From positions 1 through 62,336 of IMG/VR virus record IMGVR_UViG_3300045972_000062: 62,336 nt of DNA, one strand, 5' to 3'. Position numbers and translations under genes: made by a program. The DNA is from a virus. Its lineage: Duplodnaviria > Caudoviricetes. Under the pieces are notes generated by a model that saw only the letters and a program-made list of their open reading frames with translations, ran no database searches and had not been told where the DNA came from. Of this stretch, positions 57,965 to 62,336 are shown in pieces; position 1 is the first letter of the stretch, and every line of letters begins with the position of its first letter.

Positions 57965-58636
57965 TTAGTTTTTAATTGTTAATTTAAAATTTTCGGTAAA
58001 ATCAAACATTCGCCTATGTCTTTCATCTTTTGATTTTTTTTGCTTAAGCATGTTTATATTTAATATTTGCAATCTATTCATTAAGTCTAACTCTTGTTCT
58101 GTTGCTAAATCTCTCTTACCTCCCTTAACTTCTCCAAAAACTAACTTGTTTAAATAATTTGCTTCCTTAACAAACAATAAAGGGTCTGGCTTACTTCCGT
58201 AACAATATTCATAACGATTAGTCATAACATCACACATCTCTTTATAATGATCTCCTGCTTGATGCCTAAAGTCTATCAAGTTATCATATACCCATTTTAT
58301 TACCTTAACTTCAAATTCAGGAGATAACCAAAAGCAAAACTTAACAAACAAATAAGGATGAACCCAAGTAGCCCCATATCTTCCACGCTTAGAATCAATA
58401 ACTTCCAATTGTAGGGAATCCCCTATATTTAAAAGTTCATTTTTCAAAGCTTCAATAAACCCCTGAGTGCCTTGATTGCTAAAAAATTCCGCAAGAACTT
58501 TATTCGTAATGTTTTCGTTTTTGTTGTTATTAAAGTATTGCAGCATCTCTGTTGCATTGAAGAAAGAATCAGAAGTCCTTTGAGAAACAATAGCATCATC
58601 AAAGTTTCTTTTCATTATATGTTCAGTCTTTAACAT
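57965..58636 (-). CDS. KilA-N domain protein
   Basis: QRTSDSFFNATEM, RGRYGATWVHPYLF...WLSPEFE; promoter TTG-N20-TATATTTG at 58689-58659. Confidence 0.9.
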   Translation of the reverse strand: MLKTEHIMKRNFDDAIVSQRTSDSFFNATEMLQYFNNNKNENITNKVLAEFFSNQGTQGFIEALKNELLNIGDSLQLEVIDSKRGRYGATWVHPYLFVKFCFWLSPEFEVKVIKWVYDNLIDFRHQAGDHYKEMCDVMTNRYEYCYGSKPDPLLFVKEANYLNKLVFGEVKGGKRDLATEQELDLMNRLQILNINMLKQKKSKDERHRRMFDFTENFKLTIKN

Positions 58637-58794
58637 TTGTTTTAGTTTTAATTATACACAAATATACATACAAATAAACTTAGAAGCAAGAATAAATAAA
58701 CATTTAATGTTAAATAAATTAAAAAATGTTAACATATAAAAATAACGTGTTAAATATTTGCACAATTAAAAAAATTTCTTTTACTTTGTTTCAA

Positions 58795-59250
58795 TTATTA
58801 AAGAATGCTGTATTAGATTTCATATCTTTTAACGAGGGTCTTTAGTAATTAACATGAACAAGAAATAAGAAACCTTTGGACGGGCTCAGGAGTAAGATTA
58901 TATAGGACAATGTCCAATAGAATAAAAAGCCTGATAGAGCCCGTCCAAGTTATCAGGCTTTGTTATTTTAGTCAAGTTTGGACGGGAAGAACAGTAACGT
59001 CAGCGAATATTGATTAGTAATCTCCTACTGGGATAGCGACAGGAGTACCCGAATACAAGTGAGAACGGGAAAGCGGATTGCGTGCCATCTAACACGTTTA
59101 GCTCACATAAGAACCGAATTATATGGATAGGTTCTTCGAAGCGATAGACCCGATGCCTACAAGCATTGTGACAGCTAAAGCAGGAAGTATCAAAGTTGAA
59201 ATTTAACAGTTTCGGCTTTGGATTTCCTACGCCTTCTCTCCTGAGCCCTC
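58795..59250 (+). ncRNA. candidate large structured RNA
   Basis: Near-consensus promoter at 58757-58788; several stems with G-U pairs on +; 11-bp long-range helix 58882-58892/59238-59248. Confidence 0.55.
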
Positions 59251-59673
59251 CTCCTTAAGCATAGCAACAAAAAACAAAGAGTATCCCTAGAATCTCCTGA
59301 GTTGTTATATAGTACGCACGAGCGTATACACGCATGACGCACGCACGAGGAAACCGTAACTAGACAACATTACCTCCCAAAAATAAAAAGATAGTAATTC
59401 TTAAATGTTACGCTTTAAATTAAATTCGAGGGATAATTTATATGCCGTAAATAAGAAAAGCAAATAGATGCGATTTAAGACGTTAAAATAGTTTAGATGA
59501 CAAAAGTATTAACTCTAGTACTAAAGTCTTAAAATTAGCCATCCTGATTGCTAAAAAAGGATATTGTGTAAATTTAATTGATGCCGGAAAATTAAAATAA
59601 GTTCTAGTTTGTTCGAGAAAGTAAGAGAATCTCGTAATTTTACGTCTAGGTTACGTCTAGATTTTTATGCCGT

Positions 59674-59705
59674 AAAAGAGAAAGGCAGATGAAATGTCAC
59701 CTGCC
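59674..59705 (-). terminator. intrinsic terminator after the tRNA-like element
   Basis: GGCAGGTGA-CATT-TCATCTGCC-TTTCTCTTTT. Confidence 0.7.
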
Positions 59706-59760
59706 AACGATAGGACTAGAACCTACGACCAAAGGTTCTAACCAACTGAACTACGTTTTT
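59702..59760 (-). ncRNA. tRNA-like element lacking the anticodon arm
   Basis: TA-GTTC-AGTTGGTTA-GAAC (D-arm), CTTTGGTC, GTAGG-TTCTAGT-CCTAT (T-arm), CGTTGGCA. Confidence 0.65.
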
Positions 59761-59903
59761 ATCTCTCGAACGTTGGATCCACTTTCCTTTTGCAATTTTC
59801 GGGTTTGCTAACCTTATCAATACATTTTTCGTATTGCTAATGCTAAGGTAATTAATATTTGTTTACGAAATCGATTTTATGACATTTATTTAATGCCGTA
59901 AAT

Positions 59904-59997
59904 AAAAAAGAGCCACCGGATGGCAGCTCTTGAAGTTGAATTGAATTGTAAACAAATAACAGTGATGAGGAAGGATCGGAACGAACGAATAAATTAA
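59904..59997 (-). ncRNA. candidate ~95-nt sRNA
   Basis: Promoter TTG-N20-TATCTTTG (60034-60004) and terminator AAGAGC...GCTCTTTTTT (59931-59904). Confidence 0.55.
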
Positions 59998-60061
59998 GTT
60001 CATCAAAGATAAGAAATTATTACTAAACTATCAATATTTATTAAATTTAACAACAATAGAC

Positions 60062-60091
60062 TTGTAATTTAAATATAATTCACTATCTTTG
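60062..60091 (+). promoter_or_regulatory. Bacteroidota promoter
   Basis: TTG-N19-TATCTTTG. Confidence 0.78.
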
Positions 60092-60111
60092 GTATAACAA
60101 ATTAAGTTTAC

Positions 60112-60525
60112 ATGAAAAGAAAAGTTGCAGTTGATTTTGATTTGACAATCTGTGTGTCAGAACATAAAGATGGAGTTACGTATATCATTAGAGATAATGA
60201 AGGAGCTAAAGAAGTTGTTAAGAAGCTTATTGATTCCGGTAATGAAGTTTTTATTTGGACTGCAAGAGATAGCAAGAATATGCCGGAAGTAAATAAGTGG
60301 GTTAAAGATTCAGGATTAAAGTTTGCCGGAATAAATGAAGATCCAAAAGCAACAACCGATTCACGTAAACTAAGATTTGATATTCTTATTGACGACAAAT
60401 CATTAGGATGTCCATTGAAGTATGATCGTAAGATAAACAAGGATGGAGAGTTTGAAAACTCAGGAGAACCTTACGTAGATTGGGAGCGAGTTGCAAGTTA
60501 TCTTAAACAAGAAAAGTATTATTAA
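60112..60525 (+). CDS. HAD-superfamily phosphatase (capless; BT0820/PNKP-phosphatase-like)
   Basis: DFDLT (DxD), WTAR, K...D..IDDK. Confidence 0.85.
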   Translation: MKRKVAVDFDLTICVSEHKDGVTYIIRDNEGAKEVVKKLIDSGNEVFIWTARDSKNMPEVNKWVKDSGLKFAGINEDPKATTDSRKLRFDILIDDKSLGCPLKYDRKINKDGEFENSGEPYVDWERVASYLKQEKYY

Positions 60526-60545
60526 CCAATTAACATAGAGCAAGT

Positions 60546-60995
60546 ATGAAGTATTTTGAAATAACAGAAGTGGCAGTTAAGCCAATCTCAGAAGGGTTTA
60601 TTGTAGCCGGAAGAAGATTTGAACAAACTATTAATAATCTTATTCCTACAAAAGGAATTTCAATTGAGCAGTTAAGAACTATCTTAACAATAGCGATGGA
60701 TAGCGTAGAGAACGGAGAGTTTGTAGACAAGTCAGAAGGAGTAGTGATAGTTCGTGAAGAACCGGAAAGTAAATGCGGTGGTAATTGCCAATGTAATAAG
60801 CCGGAAGTAAGTATTATTGACGAAATAATGGATAGTATTACTCCTGAATACATTGCTAAAGTAAAACTGGATATGGAGAACGAAACTAAAGCTTTCAATG
60901 CAAAGAAATCCAAACAAAAGAAATCTAAAATTATTAAGCCGGTAGTAAATGACGCACTATCAAAATTTCAATCAAAACATAAATTAATCGATTAA
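60546..60995 (+). CDS. hypothetical protein
   Basis: ORF in operon orientation. Confidence 0.65.
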   Translation: MKYFEITEVAVKPISEGFIVAGRRFEQTINNLIPTKGISIEQLRTILTIAMDSVENGEFVDKSEGVVIVREEPESKCGGNCQCNKPEVSIIDEIMDSITPEYIAKVKLDMENETKAFNAKKSKQKKSKIIKPVVNDALSKFQSKHKLID

Positions 60996-61006
60996 TTATA
61001 TATATC

Positions 61007-61786
61007 ATGGGAATTACAAAAATTCATTCATTCAGTCTAGTTCAAGAAGGATTAGCAGGAGTAAAAGCAGACGTAGATTATCAAGGAATTGATAAAAAAG
61101 GTAATACAGTAATTGACTTAGTAAAGTCTTACCATAGACCTTTGCCGATTCCTTCTTATCTTGATGAAGCATTAACTTCTTTAAAGTATTACTTTTTAAT
61201 AACTACCGGTCATTGGGACTTTGAATGGGATAAGTATCTTCGTTCAGATAAGAAACCGGTTGATGCAAGTAAGCCTTTAGAAAATTTCGAGGACTTCAAA
61301 AAAGTTATGGCATTATACGAAGGAACAAAAGTTCTAAGTGTAAAGTATAACGGAAGTTTTATCGTTCTTAAGGGAGAGATTAGAACTGTTGGAGATAAGG
61401 TTATCAAAGTAACTTCTCCAAATATTCTTGAAGATGACGATGAAGATATTAACTTCTTGTTCTCAGAGTTTGTAGAAAAATGTGTTGCTGCATTGGATTC
61501 TGTAAAGACTTACCTTGCTTCAAGCAAAGGAGATCTTATGAAAGGTCGTGACTTCTTAATGAGAACTGAGAAGAGTCCAGAAAGACGTAGTGCATTAGAA
61601 AGCATGTCAGATGCAGAATGTGAAGCGTACATGATCGAAGAGTTGTCTAAGAAGAACTTCTTAATCATGAAAGGATCCGATTTAGAATTAATGGATATTA
61701 ACGAAGAAGAAGAACCTACAACTACTGTTGAAGCATTACTTGCAAGTATTCCTGAGAAAGAATTAGTTCCATCTGATTCATTCTAA
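61007..61786 (+). CDS. hypothetical protein
   Basis: 259-aa ORF with acidic C-terminus. Confidence 0.75.
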   Translation: MGITKIHSFSLVQEGLAGVKADVDYQGIDKKGNTVIDLVKSYHRPLPIPSYLDEALTSLKYYFLITTGHWDFEWDKYLRSDKKPVDASKPLENFEDFKKVMALYEGTKVLSVKYNGSFIVLKGEIRTVGDKVIKVTSPNILEDDDEDINFLFSEFVEKCVAALDSVKTYLASSKGDLMKGRDFLMRTEKSPERRSALESMSDAECEAYMIEELSKKNFLIMKGSDLELMDINEEEEPTTTVEALLASIPEKELVPSDSF

Positions 61787-61787
61787 C

Positions 61788-62336
61788 ATGTCAAAAGTAA
61801 ATAATGAGTTTGTAGTGATAGTGCCTTACAGAAATTGTAAGGCATTTATTGCTGAATGCCTAGGTAGCATTGCATCTCAAAAATATAAAAATTTCAGCGT
61901 AATTGTAATTGACGACCATTCCGATGATAATAGTTTTGTGGAAACTTCTAAAGTTCCTCTAAAGAACTATATGTCATCTTGTATGCCGGAAAGAAAGTAT
62001 GCTTTATACAATACCGTTTATGCTTTAAATAAGTCTGAATGGTTCAATCCGGAAACGATAGTTCTTATCGTTGATGGAGATGACAAGTTAGAGCATGATT
62101 ATGTTTTAGACATTCTAAACGATTTTTATAACGATAATGAATGTTTGCTTACTTATGGAAATTGTACCGTAACAGCACCATCGCAGGCTGCAAATTTATG
62201 CTGCTCTTACACTAAGGAAGAGTTTGAACACTTACGACTACATTCTTTCAGATGTTCTCATTTAAGAACTTTCAAATATAAATTGTGGCAACATTTAAAA
62301 GAACAGGATCCTGAATTTTTATTTGCTCGTGAAGAA
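61788..62336 (+). CDS. family 2 glycosyltransferase (runs off the right edge)
   Basis: Not in ORF track: VIVPYRN...CLxSI.SQ.Y..F.VIVIDDxSDD, VDGDD, SHLRTF. Confidence 0.88.
   Translation, partial: MSKVNNEFVVIVPYRNCKAFIAECLGSIASQKYKNFSVIVIDDHSDDNSFVETSKVPLKNYMSSCMPERKYALYNTVYALNKSEWFNPETIVLIVDGDDKLEHDYVLDILNDFYNDNECLLTYGNCTVTAPSQAANLCCSYTKEEFEHLRLHSFRCSHLRTFKYKLWQHLKEQDPEFLFAREE

Noticed and set aside
59702-59760. A functional canonical tRNA gene
   Set aside because: No anticodon arm, incomplete local acceptor stem, no encoded CCA.
59890-60003. 37-codon minus-strand ORF starting at ATG 60003
   Set aside because: The ATG abuts the -7 box, upstream of the expected TSS, and the ORF runs through the terminator.
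60108-61407. Minus-strand ORFs opposite the HAD operon
   Set aside because: Shadows; the + strand genes have the promoter and motifs.
1-62336. Stop-codon reassignment as in some crAss-like phages
   Set aside because: Very long ORFs are intact in the standard code, TAG and TGA end genes at tight junctions, and no suppressor tRNA is seen.
1-62336. Integrated prophage or flanking host DNA
   Set aside because: No integrase, att-linked tRNA or host housekeeping genes; the entire window reads as phage.

Overview
AT-rich 62-kb segment of a lytic Bacteroidota podophage related to the crAss-like phages (Crassvirales-type virion genes), standard genetic code. 1-28.6 kb (+): lysis cassette (holin, M15 endolysin, spanin-like), tail ring / IHF-like / ring / muzzle genes, four large virion cargo (ejection) proteins with a PurD-like ATP-grasp gene among them, then tail-fibre genes. 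29.7-58.6 kb (-): nucleotide and DNA metabolism (C5-methyltransferase, ThyX-like, MazG, GroES-like, degenerate UNG), recombination and replication (NinB-like, SSB-like, primase-helicase, SF2 helicase, DUF1064), three tandem-repeat proteins, small early genes, KilA-N paralogs and an RNA ligase. 60.1 kb onward (+): HAD phosphatase and a truncated GT2. Bacteroidota TAnnTTTG promoters occur throughout. No virion RNA polymerase motif, DNA polymerase, capsid or terminase is visible. The most unusual signals are: (i) a 1.4-kb non-coding block (58.7-60.1 kb) with a ~450-nt structured RNA candidate, an anticodon-less tRNA-like element and an sRNA candidate, with a 10-mer repeated at ~225-bp spacing; (ii) two leaders that share a pseudoknot/terminator architecture; (iii) a tiny Pro/Lys peptide plus multi-TM protein heading the lysis cassette; (iv) an ATP-grasp ligase embedded among cargo genes. 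All family assignments come from motif recognition by eye; no database searches were run.
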